Positions 10,621-22,829 of a DNA stretch of 64,000 nucleotides are shown here, piece after piece. Source of the DNA: Azolla caroliniana (lineage: Eukaryota; Plantae; Polypodiophyta); assembly GCA_043228905.1 (NCBI GenBank), contig JBHGNT010000008.1, positions 22,072,001 to 22,136,000 of the forward strand. The letters run 5' to 3'. Position 1 is the stretch's first letter. Every line of letters begins with the position of its first letter. A program made the translations under genes and the position numbers. The notes under the pieces were generated by a model. That model was not told the origin of the DNA, did no database searches, and saw only the letters and a list, made by a program, of their open reading frames with translations.

Positions 10621-11961
10621 AGTAGGTCTAAATGAGTGTGTGTTTTGATGTTTATATGTTTGGGTATTTGTAGATGTATGTTTAAATGATTGGTTGGGTG
10701 TGTGGACAAGGGAGAAGGTGGGAAAAAGGCGTTTTGGGTAAGTACAATATTTTTTCACTTAAGATTATATTTTAGGGGGTGTTTGTGGATGTGGATAGGT
10801 GAATAGGGAGAAGAAGAAATGAAAGGATTGTGAAACCTAGACTAGATGTTGGGGTTTGGGTTGAAGGAGTGGATTCGTTCATCGTCGAGGCTCGATAAAG
10901 GAATGGTTTCATCACATAAACAATGTCATCCATCTTTGCAAATTTGATATAAATATGTCAAAAAAAAGTGAAGCGCAAAGGTCATGATAGTATACAATAG
11001 GTAGAGGAGGCTTTGATTCGTAAAACCACTTAAAGATTTCAATTGATATTATATTATGTGTGTAAAATATATACACACAAACGCACACATATGAATAAGG
11101 TACATAATCAAATATTCTACGACAACACAACTCGCAATTGTGAGGGCCCATACCTTGAACATGTTACTTTGAAAAATGTAATATTTGTTTATACTACACC
11201 AAAGCAAGCAAGGATCTTGGATTTTCAAGCACATTGCTCTCGTGTAAATATATAGTGCTATGTATGCATCAATACCACACTCATGTTGATCTTATTGCAT
11301 AAGACGAGTTGGTCGGTCTTTGTGAATATGTAATTCATAAAGAATAATGTTTGTACTAAAGTTTTCCTAACTATATCCTCACTTAGTTAGTGATGGGACA
11401 ATTTTCTACAAAGCTCAAACAATAAAGTAATGAAACTTGGCAATTGGTGACCCTTATTATGTGCCAAGTTCTGCTCCGAACAAACACCAAATGCTTTAAA
11501 TTTTCATTTAACACACAAGATTCTTTATATTTGGAGGTCCACATGTCCACCTTCCACGTCACATATAAAGGTGTTAAGTATGACTTCTCAATAAATTTTT
11601 AAGCAATCCCTGACAAGTCATAACTAAAAAGATGCATATAAAATTATATGGAAAGATGGTTTATTTTCCAATTGCATGGTTACCTTTGATGGGATACATT
11701 CACTTGACCAAAGCTACATGGAAAATCTCTGTGTTCAACCCAATATTACCCCAAAGTTCTTCCGACTAATCTTGCCTTGACATGAGATGGTTGGTTTGGC
11801 AATGTAGTCTATCACAAAGGATAAGGCAAATGAAGAATGGTAGCCATATTGTTTGTGGTTTCTCGTCCTTTGTGAAATGTTCCCTCAATAATCTCGTTTC
11901 CCCTGATACATTTTGCGGTTGTCCATCTAATATTGTTCATATTTGGTATCCTAACATTATC

Positions 11962-12660
11962 GATGGAATGTTTCAATCCAACAAGGATTTGCATAATAAA
12001 TGGTGAGTTTCAAAGAAACAAGAGAAGCTTGCAACTTTTAACAAGGTTATTCCATGCATGATAACTTCATATGCTTAACAAATGCGTGGAGATATTAAAT
12101 TATCATCAAAGATTAATGGAATGGTTAAAAGTTCTCACCAACAAAAATGATTTGTTAAGGAAATTAAAAGTATGACAAAAAAAGTACAAGAAAGTGAATG
12201 CTATAGAGTTAAATTAGAAGTAGAAGTTCCATGCCACTTTTTTTAAATATTTAAGTCATCCTAGTTCTCAAAAGTTTCTTTCCACAATCTAATATGATGC
12301 ATTTTGAGGTTGCCCCGGCCCGTGTAAACGTGTTCATACTTCAATGGAATGTTACAATCCAATAAGGACTTGCATTAAATTTGCGCAAGCTTAAAATAAA
12401 CTTGAGAAGCTTACAACACGAAGTTATTCCAAGTATGTGAACTTCACAAGCTTAACAAAACGAGTTGAGGAGATTAAGTTATCATTAAAGATGAATAAAA
12501 AGGTGAAAGCCTTCACCAACAAATGCAACAAGGATATGATCTATCGAGGAAAACAAATGTATGATGGAGAGAGTACGAGCAATTGAAAGACACAAAGTTA
12601 AAGCAGAACTAGAAGATTCATGCCACTTTTTAAACATTTACATTGTTCCAATTCTCAAAA
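11962..12660. repeat. Diverged direct duplication of ~310-320 bp (11962-12272 and 12343-12660)
   Basis: Colinear shared blocks ATGGAATGTT.CAATCCAA.AAGGA, GAGAAGCTT.CAAC, GCTTAACAAA, TCACCAACAAA, CATGCCACTTTT, TTCTCAAAA. Confidence 0.75.
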
Positions 12661-14159
12661 ATCCAAGTGACGAATTAGTGGGCACCACAATAAAACAATG
12701 ATTTGTCAATAAAACCCCAATCAATAAGCACTTTTATGCATGATTCCAATGCACTTATTGGAGCTAGCGAAATCACAAGGTGTAATCAATGTGGCGGCCT
12801 ACTTATGATCTTGATCTACTTTCAAATAGTTTGGGGTATTGACACAATGAGGGTGAGGGTGGATGGATCTATGGAAAACCCTATGTTTCTTGGAGAAGAT
12901 GCTAATAAGAGGATGGGCATAAAGACAATAATATAAGCTTAGCCTTGATTTTTTTTAATCAACTTATCCAATCAAAACCCCCTCATTAAACTACAAATTG
13001 TGAAAGTTCTCCTTCTGAAGGTTATTGAGACGTGCAAAATAGTGAATATGCGCGACATCGTTGACGCATGAATTTCATTTGGAATCTATGTAAGTCATCA
13101 ATCACCAAAGTTGAAGACTTGATACTTATGTCTCCATAATATACTACTTGTCAAAGTAATCACAAATATGCATGTTTTGAATGAAACTTTAAAAAATAAA
13201 GGTGAAAACATCAACATGAGATGAAATCCCACGAAAAATGTACAAACTTTCCATGTTCAAAAGTACTCAAAATAAAGGCGAAATGGTCGTGGAGAGATTA
13301 AAATTGATTGGAGACGATCATAAAGATATTGTCTTTGAATGAAGCTTTACACTCTATCTACAACTATTACGATGTTATATTTCTCGCAAAAATAGAGAAG
13401 GTTAAAAATGGAAAGTTGTTGATTTATAGCACGAGCCTCGTAAACAATGAGCAAAAAACTGAAATAAATGTGCAAACCAACAAGAATAACAAAGGTGCTG
13501 GATCGATGTTTGGGATGATAAGGGAAAACACAGTTATAGGATGGTATAAACCAAAGCACTCAAAGTGAACCCCATGCAACGTCACGCCATTCTCGACACA
13601 ATTCAATTGGGCAAAAAAAACAAGCGACGAGTTAGCGAGAAGTGAGGAGGATATAACATACATGTACATACCGATACATTTTCGTGCCGCTTGGGAGGGG
13701 GGTTTGGAAATGTACACGCCGAGCCTGCGATGCGAGGTTCCTAGCATCACGCAAAGAGCACATATTCAAGTTGTTCAGGAATGACGTCCGGGCGGTCGGG
13801 CTTGATCGACCCGATCAGAACAGAGGATCGAGCAGGCGGGTCTGATTGACCCGATGAGAACAAAGGATCGAGCAGGTTGGTCAATTCGATGCATTTAATG
13901 CTTAGTTTTTTTTTTCTTTTTGTTTTGTCTTTCTGGTGTTTTGTTTTGTATAAGAGAGCAACACACACTATTCCCATGTCCATCTTGAGACTCGAGCGCG
14001 TGATCTCTTCTCTTCTTCTTCTTCTTCTTCTTCTTCTTCATTTTTCACAATTCATTATTAGTAAATAGAAACTTCCCCCCACGTTTCATTTATGTTAAGT
14101 TTTTAACAAACAAACGAAAAACACACAGAAAAGAAAGGAAAACAATTTAGTTAAGAAAA

Positions 14160-14324
14160 AAAAGCCAAACAAAATAGAAAAGAAAACACAGAGAGAGACA
14201 GAGAAAAGAAGAAGAAGAAGAAGGAGAAGGAGAAGAAGACGACGAACGGAAGAAGATCGAGTAGAACAGTCGCAGCAGAAGCAGAAGCTCCCTCCCGAGG
14301 GCCCTCCTCACAAATAGGACGCAG
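14160..14324 (+). other. Probable non-coding first exon (5' UTR) of the PDH E1 beta gene
   Basis: GA/GAA-rich, ATG-free segment ending CGCAG|GTATCG, followed by a pyrimidine-rich intron ending TGGCAG at 14943. Start position is approximate. Confidence 0.55.
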
Positions 14325-14975
14325 GTATCGGCTATGGCTTCTTCCGGCGTCTTCAGCTCTCTCAGAGGACACGCTTCTTCACTCCTGGTACTCCTCCCCC
14401 CCTCCCCCCTCCCCCTCTCTCTGTCGCTCTGTTATCTTTCTTTTTCCTTCACACGTTTGTGGCAGATCAGCTAGGCTCTTTACGATGAGAAGAAATGCGC
14501 ATTCTTGATTTCTTTTCTCGCTCCCTTTTGGTTTTCTTGTTACACATTTTGGTGGATCGGATCTTTCACTCTTGTAATTGGAATGTCGCATTTTTGTGTT
14601 TGGCCGTATTCTTCATGGATTGGCTGAAAGGAGCTTCGTTTTTGGTTCTCGATTGGAATTTTGGTTTTCCTTTTCTCGTTAATCCAGGCTCCTCATTAAA
14701 GAAGCTTCGTTTTTTTTTTGTCTCTCTGTCATGAAATTGGCTTCTCAATGGAGTTACAATTACTTCCTTTGGATTTATTCTTTATTGACCTCCCTGAATG
14801 TGCTTCATTTTTGCACTTCTCTATCACAATTTTCTGATCCTTCTTTTATTTGGATTCACGCTGAGCTATTATTTGTCGTTCTGTTTTGGAATTTCAGCTC
14901 CCTTTACTGCTCAGTCTTTCCATTTGCATTCATGTTGTGGCAGATGTTGCGATTAGTTACATGGAGATTTGAGAA

Positions 14976-17900
14976 ATGCTCTCTAAAGAAAGATTAGTCC
15001 CAGCCTTTGGTTTTAAAGTAGAGAATCTGCAAGTAGATTTAAGTTATTTTACGAGTGGCTTTCAGATATAGCATCACACCTTTTTGTTTGTTTTGTACTG
15101 TAGCCTGTGCTCTTTTCTTTACCAGTATATTCTGCTGATTCTTTAGCGGTAACAAACAAGAGACTCTGTTTTTCACCTTTTCTCTTCCTATCTTTATTTT
15201 CTTTATCTGGTAGCGTTCCCAAAGAGTAGCTGGAGGATGCACCATACCAACATTTGGCTTGAGGAGTTTTTGTGCTGCAGCTAAAGAGGTATGTTTTGAA
15301 ATTTCCAGAAAAGATGTATGTATTTATAGATAGATAGATAGGTGGATGGATGGATGGATAGACAGAGATATGTGTGCATATGTGTGTGTGAGAGAGATTT
15401 ATTTTACTATGTAGATGACTGTTCGGGATGCCCTCAACTCTGCCCTTGATGAAGAAATGACAGCAGATCCTAAAGTGTACCTTATGGGTGAAGAGGTAAC
15501 TTTATTGCATTTTCTTCTGATAATCAAGTGGATATAAGTCATAGGAGAGCGTCTGATTTCATCTGTTTCTTGATGGTTTCTAGGTTGGAGAATATCAGGG
15601 TGCATACAAGGTATTAGATATTGGAGTTGATTTGTGTTTAAAGGGAGAAATTTGATTTCTCAAGGCTGAACCTGTATGCATGTTTCAAATTCACTTAGGT
15701 GTCAAAAGGCCTTCTACAGAAATTTGGACCTGACAGAGTGCTTGATACCCCTATAACAGAGGTATTTTCTTTATTCTTGTCAGAATTGATGTATACTTGA
15801 AATGATCATCTAACCATTTTGATGTTAAGTTTGGTAACACTGCAGGCTGGATTTACTGGGATTGCAGTTGGTTCGGCTTTCCATGGTCTCAAACCTATTG
15901 TGGAGTTCATGACTTTCAACTTTGCTATGCAGGTGATCTAGAAAATGCCATTTGTTTGTCATTTTCAGTCAAAACAATTCACTTTATCTCCTGTTCATTT
16001 ACTCTACTTGTACACTTAACTTGTAAGTCCAGGCTATTTTGGTTTTACAAAACTATTTCCTATAAAGATATTTGAGTATGCATGCTTCGTTGATGTGTGT
16101 GAGAATTTTGCTGCCTATCATGTCACCTTTGGTACTCTACTCAATGTTTTTTATGTGAGAGGTAATGTGGATGTACTTCAGTAGATTTTGTGCACAAGAA
16201 ACGAAAAAGGATGTACTTATATAGGTAAGAACCATAGGTTACATGTATGCACGTAGATAGGTTTTACGATATAGCATTTACTATATTTTTCTTGGACTGT
16301 GCTTATTTTTTGAGCCACATCTTGCGTGTAGGTTGATGGATGTTTTAAAGTTTCAAAGTTTTCCTGATATTGAATAACCTTTATCTCATCTGTGGACCTT
16401 GGTTTTTATGTACAGGCAATTGATCATATTATCAATTCTGCAGCAAAGACATTCTACATGTCTGCTGGGCAAATTTCAGTTCCTATTGTGTTTAGGGGAC
16501 CAAATGGGGCTGCAGCAGGTGTTGCTGCTCAGCACTCACAGGTGATTTGACTTGATTTGATGATATATGTGAAGTTTAAGAATAGCAACGAGAGAACACG
16601 AAACAATTTTCCTTTTATGTGCAGTGTTTTGCTGCATGGTATGCATCATGCCCTGGTCTGAAGGTTCTCACCCCGTACTCTTCAGAGGATGCACGTGGAT
16701 TGTTGAAGGCTGCAATTCGAGATCCAGATCCTGTGGTCTTCTTGGAGAATGAGCTATTGTAAGTAGGTTAAGTGAATTAAAATGGAGTATTGACTGAAAG
16801 AAGAGTATGCAATGAGTCTTCTTGTTTGCAATACCATCTTTGTGGTATTGGCATCTGAAGAACACAAACATTCAAGGAAATCTCTTGAGTTTTTTTCTAA
16901 ATGCCCTCGAGTTTTCGTTATTTTCAAAGCACCATTCGTTAAACTTTGAAAAAGAGAACAGGGTACAAATTGAGCTTATGATCGCTCAAATAGTGCACCT
17001 GGTTAGAAATCTGTCATTCAAGACCTCAAAACTGAGGAAAAGGGATAAATTGACAATATAATTTGTCAGTGTACATATAATCTGTCTTTCTGAAAAGAGT
17101 GTAATCTGTCATTCTAGACCTCAAAACTGAGGAAAAGGGATAAATTAACAATATAATTTGTCAAAGTGTACATATAATCTGTCTTTCTGAAGATGACGAA
17201 GAGTGTATGGGAAATAACAAAAATTCATTGGCATTGGAAAGTAAAGAAAAACCCAGCGGTAAAAGTTTTCTTCTGAAAATTGATTCCTAAGATCAGAATA
17301 TTGATGTTCTGTCATGCAGATAGTTAGATTGACCACTATGAAATTTCTCACAATAAGATTAGCATAGATTAGCATTCCAAAACTTGCTTCCTATATATAC
17401 TTTTTCACAATAATGAATGTATGTACCCAGTGAAATCATTATTTTTATTCAAAAACTCCAAAAAATGTGTTGATGTTAAAGTCACGAGCACTGTCTTTTC
17501 CGCTTTCCAGATATGGAGAATTATTTCCAGTTTCTGCTGAAGTTCTTGATCCTAGCTTTGTTCTTCCTATTGGAAAAGCAAAGGTGAGAATTGGACAATG
17601 CACAGATGTATTCTTGTTGAAGCATGTTCTATCTACAATTCTGAATTGCTTCCTGTGAAAACAGATTGAACGTGAGGGAACAGATGTTACAATTACAGCT
17701 TTCTCAAAAATGGTTGGATTTGCTTTGAAGGTAAGCCTTGGTGACTAACAATTTTTGGGATTTTGGCTTTAGCCTTAGTAAGTTGCAATTAGTTGAAGTG
17801 AAGCTGGATCCTATAACCAATAATCAATTGCTTTGATTCTTGAACACTGAACATATGATGAGAAGGATCAACAGTATTTCTATGCTTCATCAATGTAGTT

Positions 17901-19508
17901 AATTACTCAGTTTTAGTGTCATTCTGTAAAAAGATGGATTGTATTAATGTGTACTTTTTTTTATCTGATTTTAGGCAGCAGATCTCTTAGCCAAAGAAGG
18001 GATCAACGCTGAGGTAAAGTTGAGTTCACACCTTTTTTTTCTTGTTTATGAGAATATTGACGACATCTTAAAGGTTCATTGGTTTCATGTAGGTCATAAA
18101 CCTGCGGTCAATCAGGCCCCTTGACAGAAAAACAATTAATGCCTCTGTTAGAAAAACCAATAGGCTAGTTACTGTAGAAGAAGGATGGCCACAACATGGT
18201 ATTGGTGCAGAAATTTGGTGAGCCAATTTTGTTATGCTTACATTTGTGTCTGATTATATGTCTGAAAATGATGATTTGTGTTTGCACTAGACAGAATGAT
18301 GAAAATGACCATCTCATGTCACATATGCTTGAGTTGCTATGATTAAGCTAGATTACTTCAGCAGCAACTCATGAAAGACAATAGTTTGAATAGGCAGATT
18401 CCTGAGGATTCACTGACTAAACATATCAAGGTTAAATCTTTACTGGATTGTATTCAGCTTTCACTGACTAAAAATATCAAGGTCAAAACTTTACTGGATT
18501 GTATTCAGCTTTCACTGAGTAAGCATATCAAGCTCAAATCTTTACTGGATTGTATTCAGCTTTCACTGACTAAACATATCAAGGTCAAATCTTTACTGGA
18601 TTGTATTCAGCTTTCACTGACTAAACATATCAAGGTCAAATCTTTATTGGATTGTATAGCGCTTTCACTGAGTGAACATATCAAGGTCAAATCTTTACTG
18701 GATTGTGTTCAGCTTTCACTGACTAAACATATCAAGGTCAAATCTTTACTAGATTGTATTCAGCTTTCACTGACTAAACATATCAAGGTCAAATCTTTAT
18801 TGGATTGTATTCAGCTTTCACTGGCTAATAATATCAAGGTCAAATCTTTACTGGATTGTATTCTTCTTTACTGGAGTTATGATCATCTTCAATCCAGAGT
18901 TGACGATCTCAATTAATCCCTCCACCCTCTTAGGCTATGTAGTGATACATCCCATTTATTGCCGCAATCTTCCTCTTCTTATATTCCTACATGCCAAGTG
19001 TCTTGAGATAGGCTTATTGTGTAGATAGATAGCTTTAACTCGATATATGTGATTACTTGCTTGGTTGTCTAGAATTATTGAGGATTTTATTTAAACATCT
19101 CTTGTGGTAATTCTATTGTCCTCAATACAACTGAATACTTTGGTCATTGTATGGATAATACTCTAGAAGTAGATGAAATTTGTAGGTGTTTCCCCTTATT
19201 CTAATGGTGGACTCCTTTAATGCAGTATGAGTGTGGTTGAAGAGAGCTTTGAATATCTGGATGCTCCTGTTGAGCGAATAACTGGTGCAGATGTGCCGAT
19301 GCCATATGCCGCAAACTTGGAAAGACTGGCTGTACCTCAGGTAATTGCTTAATGCAACGAGTTTTCTCCACTAAAAAGAGACTACATGACACCTCAACCC
19401 ATGTCATTGATACAATGGAATTGGCTTTCTTGCTGGCAGATAGAGGACATTGTGCGTGCAGCCAAGCGAGCTTGCTACAGATCTATTCCATTAAGAGCAA
19501 CAGCTTAG
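14976..19508 (+). CDS. PDHB: Mitochondrial pyruvate dehydrogenase E1 component beta subunit (multi-exon)
   Basis: GT-AG exons: 15214-15288, 15415-15495, 15584-15610, 15699-15761, 15846-15932, 16416-16541, 16625-16758, 17511-17583, 17665-17730, 17975-18013, 18093-18217, 19226-19340, 19440-19508 (TAG). They translate to ...[20 protein letters not shown]...[12 protein letters not shown]...DTPITE AGFTG...[21 protein letters not shown]...[17 protein letters not shown]...[13 protein letters not shown]...[11 protein letters not shown]...[43 protein letters not shown]. The first coding exon is uncertain (ATG 14976 spliced at 15017 or 15032, or ATG 14944 spliced at 14955). Confidence 0.95.
17008..17191. 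repeat. Near-perfect direct duplication (~95-nt period) in a PDHB intron
   Basis: AATCTGTCATTC.AGACCTCAAAACTGAGGAAAAGGGATAAATT.ACAATATAATTTGTCA...TACATATAATCTGTCTTTCTGAA at about 17008 and 17103. Confidence 0.9.
18410..18868. repeat. Intronic minisatellite, 9 x 51 nt
   Basis: Unit TCACTGACTAAACATATCAAGGTCAAATCTTTACTGGATTGTATTCAGCTT inside PDHB intron 18218-19225. ORF 18371-18916 reads it as 9 x [17 protein letters not shown]. Confidence 0.95.
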
Positions 19509-20640
19509 GAGAGTGTTTGCAAAGAGCAAATGTTTAAGAGGTGTTTGAAGACAACTTTCCAAGAGCAGCAGCTTAAAGAAACACCTGATAGTGGGCAGAT
19601 CCCAATTCCATTCCATGTTATGAACTGCCTCCAATGAATAATATCATCTTTTAGCCTTGAGTTGGTTCACCCTCGTGCATTTTTGATGCTATAGATGGCC
19701 TTTGGGGTGCCTGTATTTTTATATAAGCTCGATGGGGTTACTCTGTAATTGAGAGCTTCCGTTAGTGTATGCATGTTTGTGGCTAAATGCCGTTGAAAAT
19801 AAGATATTTCATGTTTAAACAATGGGATGAAAAGTTGTTTTATATTTACTAAAGGCCAATATCATTAACTAGATTGGTATGAAGACGAATGCGGATGCAA
19901 TCAGGTAAATGGAGATACTACCAGTGATTTAAGTAAGAAAGTTTGAGCATCAATGCTTATAAACTTTGAAATGTCTGCTTGATAAAAGAAAATTCAGGTA
20001 TACTGTTGAACGTTGGGGCAAACTAAATTGGATAGCTCCTATACATCCCATTTTTTGAAAGGTGTATGTAGGTTTTCTGCTCGGAATGTTTGCAATGGTT
20101 TTTAGTATCAGTTCTTGTTTTTAGTAATGATCACCAATATTTAATTGCCAAAACTTCCAGATAGGTTGATGCCCTTGAGTGCTAATCATTGACTGGGACG
20201 GGACCTAATTGATAGCAGAATTGTTGCACATAGCATTGACATTCAACTTGGTAGGTTAATTTTGTATTTATGTTGTGTTGGATATTCTGTTTCAAAATTA
20301 TATGATTGTGTCAAAGATCTGAGCAGATGCAAGAAAGGATTCTAGATATTGGTCATAGCTCCTTTTACTAGGGGAAGGGGATTTCAAATCGATCTAGCAG
20401 TTTGTCGGACATTGAAACCTTAGCTCATAAGATCTTGGAGTTCTCGGAAGTCTATAGAACAAATGATGTCACTAACATCAAGACCTTGGAGCTCTTGAAG
20501 ATCTTGGAGTTTCTAAAGTTTCTAGGATGTTGTGGAATTTATGTATCATCTTTCATTGCTCTAGAAATGTCTAAAGAACTTGTCCAAACTAAGCTTTTCA
20601 TCCTAAGGATACTAGTTGGAACTTCAGTTACGAAAGAGGG

Positions 20641-22824
20641 TCACTCACAATGTGGGTCTATACAAAGGCAATCCGAATCATTTAATGTCAAAACATTATG
20701 GAAGGCTTTTCTTCCAAGCTCTACATTCCCCCATTTCTGGCAAGAGGTCAGCACAGTTCTTAACAACACGGCATTAGGCTGAGTAGGCATTCTTTCCATA
20801 ATTACTATTGCGTTGCGCAATTCACCGACACGTGCAAGGAGATCAACCATGCAACCATGATGCTGAAATGTAGGGAGAATACCATACTCTTTACTCATAA
20901 TCTCAAAGTATGTTAGACCCTGATTCACTAGACCTACTTGACTACATACACTAAGAACACTTGTAAATGTGATGACATCCGGCCGTTTACCTTCTCGTGT
21001 CATTCTGTCAAATAAAGTAAATACAGTATTGCTTTGACCAAGTTGGACATATCCAGCGATAAGAGAATTCCACAAGATTACATCTTGAATAGAAAGCTTA
21101 TCAAACACTTGTTGGGCAATTGGAAGCAACCCACATTTTGCATACATATCCACCAATGTACTGCCAACAATGAGATTCATTTCCAAACCCTTCCTCATGA
21201 TATCAGCATGTAATTTTCGGCCTTTTACTGCTGCTCCAATGTTACCACATGCTTTCAGAGTACAAACAAATGTGGCAGCAGTGGCAGAGAAACCCTCTGA
21301 TCGCATTTGTTCGAAATAGTGAAGAGCTTCTTCAGGTTGATCTTGCCCAGCATATCCAGTGATCAAAGTAGTCCATGAGATGATATCTCGAATCCGAAGA
21401 TTGTCGAATACTTCTTGAGCTTTGACAAAAATGCCACATTTCACATACATATGAATCAATGCATTACCAACCAGAAGATGGTCTCTTTCCAACAATCCTT
21501 TTCTAGCAATCTCTGCATGTATTTCTTGGCCTCTTTCTATTGCTCCTATGTTACCACATGCCTTCAAACAAGAAAGATAGGTTGCGACATTTGGTGAGAT
21601 GTGCTCGAGTTGCATCAATTTCAGACAAATGAGGGCATCTTCATTATGACCATGGTTCACATAACCTGAAATGAGAGTAGTCCATAAAATTATACCCCTA
21701 TTTGGAAGATAGTCAAACACTTCCTGTGCTTTTTTAAGGAAACCACATTTGGTACACATATCAAGCAAGGCACCACCAACAAGAGCATCTCTTTCTAATC
21801 CTTTTCTGGTAACCTCATAATGTATTTTTTGACCCATTTCTATATTTCTTAGGCTCCCACAAGCTCTCAAGCCGCATGCATAGGTGATCACGTTTGGGGA
21901 AATTCCCTCGAGTTGCATTTGTTTGAAACAAGTCAATGCTTCTGCACCTTGCCCATGTTTAACATACCCTGCAATAAGTGATGTCCAAGCTATAACATTT
22001 TTAAGTGCTAGTCTTTCAAACACTTCATGTGCTTTAGAGAACAGGCCACATTTGGCATACATATCTACCAATGCGTTGCTTAATTTAACATCATCTTCAT
22101 GCAGTTTCTTCCTGTAAACTTCACCATGTATCTCTCTGCCCTTCTCTATTGCACCCAAGTTCCCACAAGCTCTCAAACTGCAAATATATGTGACCACATT
22201 GGGAGAGATGCCCTCAACTTGCATCTTTTCAAAGCATGCCAATGCATTAGCATCGAACCCACAATTTACATAAGCTGTGATGAGTGCATTCCATATAACA
22301 GTATCTCTAACTGGGGAATAACTATCAAACACTTCTTCTCCTTTACTAATACACCCACATTCGGCATACATAGTGATCAAACTACTTCCAAGAAAGAGAT
22401 CCCCTTTGAGAAGTCCATTACTGGCAATAAGCTCGTGTATTTCTTGACCTGCCTGCATATCCTTCAACTCACCGCATGCTTTGATTAACGCAAGAAATAT
22501 TTGTCCATAGGCATCAATGGAACCACATTTTTGCATCTTTTTATAGAGGACAAGGGCATGTTGAAACATACCAGAATCCACATGTCCAGTGATAATAGAA
22601 TTCCAGGAAGAAATATTTGGATCAATGAGCTTTTCAAAGACCTTCCGGGCAGAGCACAGTCTTCCAACCACTACTAGCATGGAGACCAAATAGTTGCCTA
22701 CACAGTGGTGGGTATTCAGCCCACTTCTATTCATATACTCAAGCACTTGGGTAGCTGAAAGAGCACCTCTCTCTTTCCTGCATCTGTATAGAAGACATGA
22801 AATAGTTTCCACAGAAGCAGGCAT
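20641..22824 (-). CDS. PLS-class pentatricopeptide repeat protein (727 aa, intronless), E region truncated, no DYW
   Basis: Tandem PLS triplets (ALVDMYAKCG, WTSLIAGYV, M..EGISPNV.TY...L.ACG). C-terminus MVDLLARVG...MPTQPNAV...SCQKWGNVELG, then non-homologous DSDCLCIDPHCE*. Confidence 0.92.
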   Translation of the reverse strand: MPASVETISCLLYRCRKERGALSATQVLEYMNRSGLNTHHCVGNYLVSMLVVVGRLCSARKVFEKLIDPNISSWNSIITGHVDSGMFQHALVLYKKMQKCGSIDAYGQIFLALIKACGELKDMQAGQEIHELIASNGLLKGDLFLGSSLITMYAECGCISKGEEVFDSYSPVRDTVIWNALITAYVNCGFDANALACFEKMQVEGISPNVVTYICSLRACGNLGAIEKGREIHGEVYRKKLHEDDVKLSNALVDMYAKCGLFSKAHEVFERLALKNVIAWTSLIAGYVKHGQGAEALTCFKQMQLEGISPNVITYACGLRACGSLRNIEMGQKIHYEVTRKGLERDALVGGALLDMCTKCGFLKKAQEVFDYLPNRGIILWTTLISGYVNHGHNEDALICLKLMQLEHISPNVATYLSCLKACGNIGAIERGQEIHAEIARKGLLERDHLLVGNALIHMYVKCGIFVKAQEVFDNLRIRDIISWTTLITGYAGQDQPEEALHYFEQMRSEGFSATAATFVCTLKACGNIGAAVKGRKLHADIMRKGLEMNLIVGSTLVDMYAKCGLLPIAQQVFDKLSIQDVILWNSLIAGYVQLGQSNTVFTLFDRMTREGKRPDVITFTSVLSVCSQVGLVNQGLTYFEIMSKEYGILPTFQHHGCMVDLLARVGELRNAIVIMERMPTQPNAVLLRTVLTSCQKWGNVELGRKAFHNVLTLNDSDCLCIDPHCE

Positions 22825-22829
22825 CCTCT

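Noticed and set aside
18410-18868. CRISPR-like array (also considered for 23721-24103 and 30580-30990)
   Set aside because: Units are contiguous with no unique spacers, there are no cas genes, and the context is eukaryotic intron or intergenic DNA.
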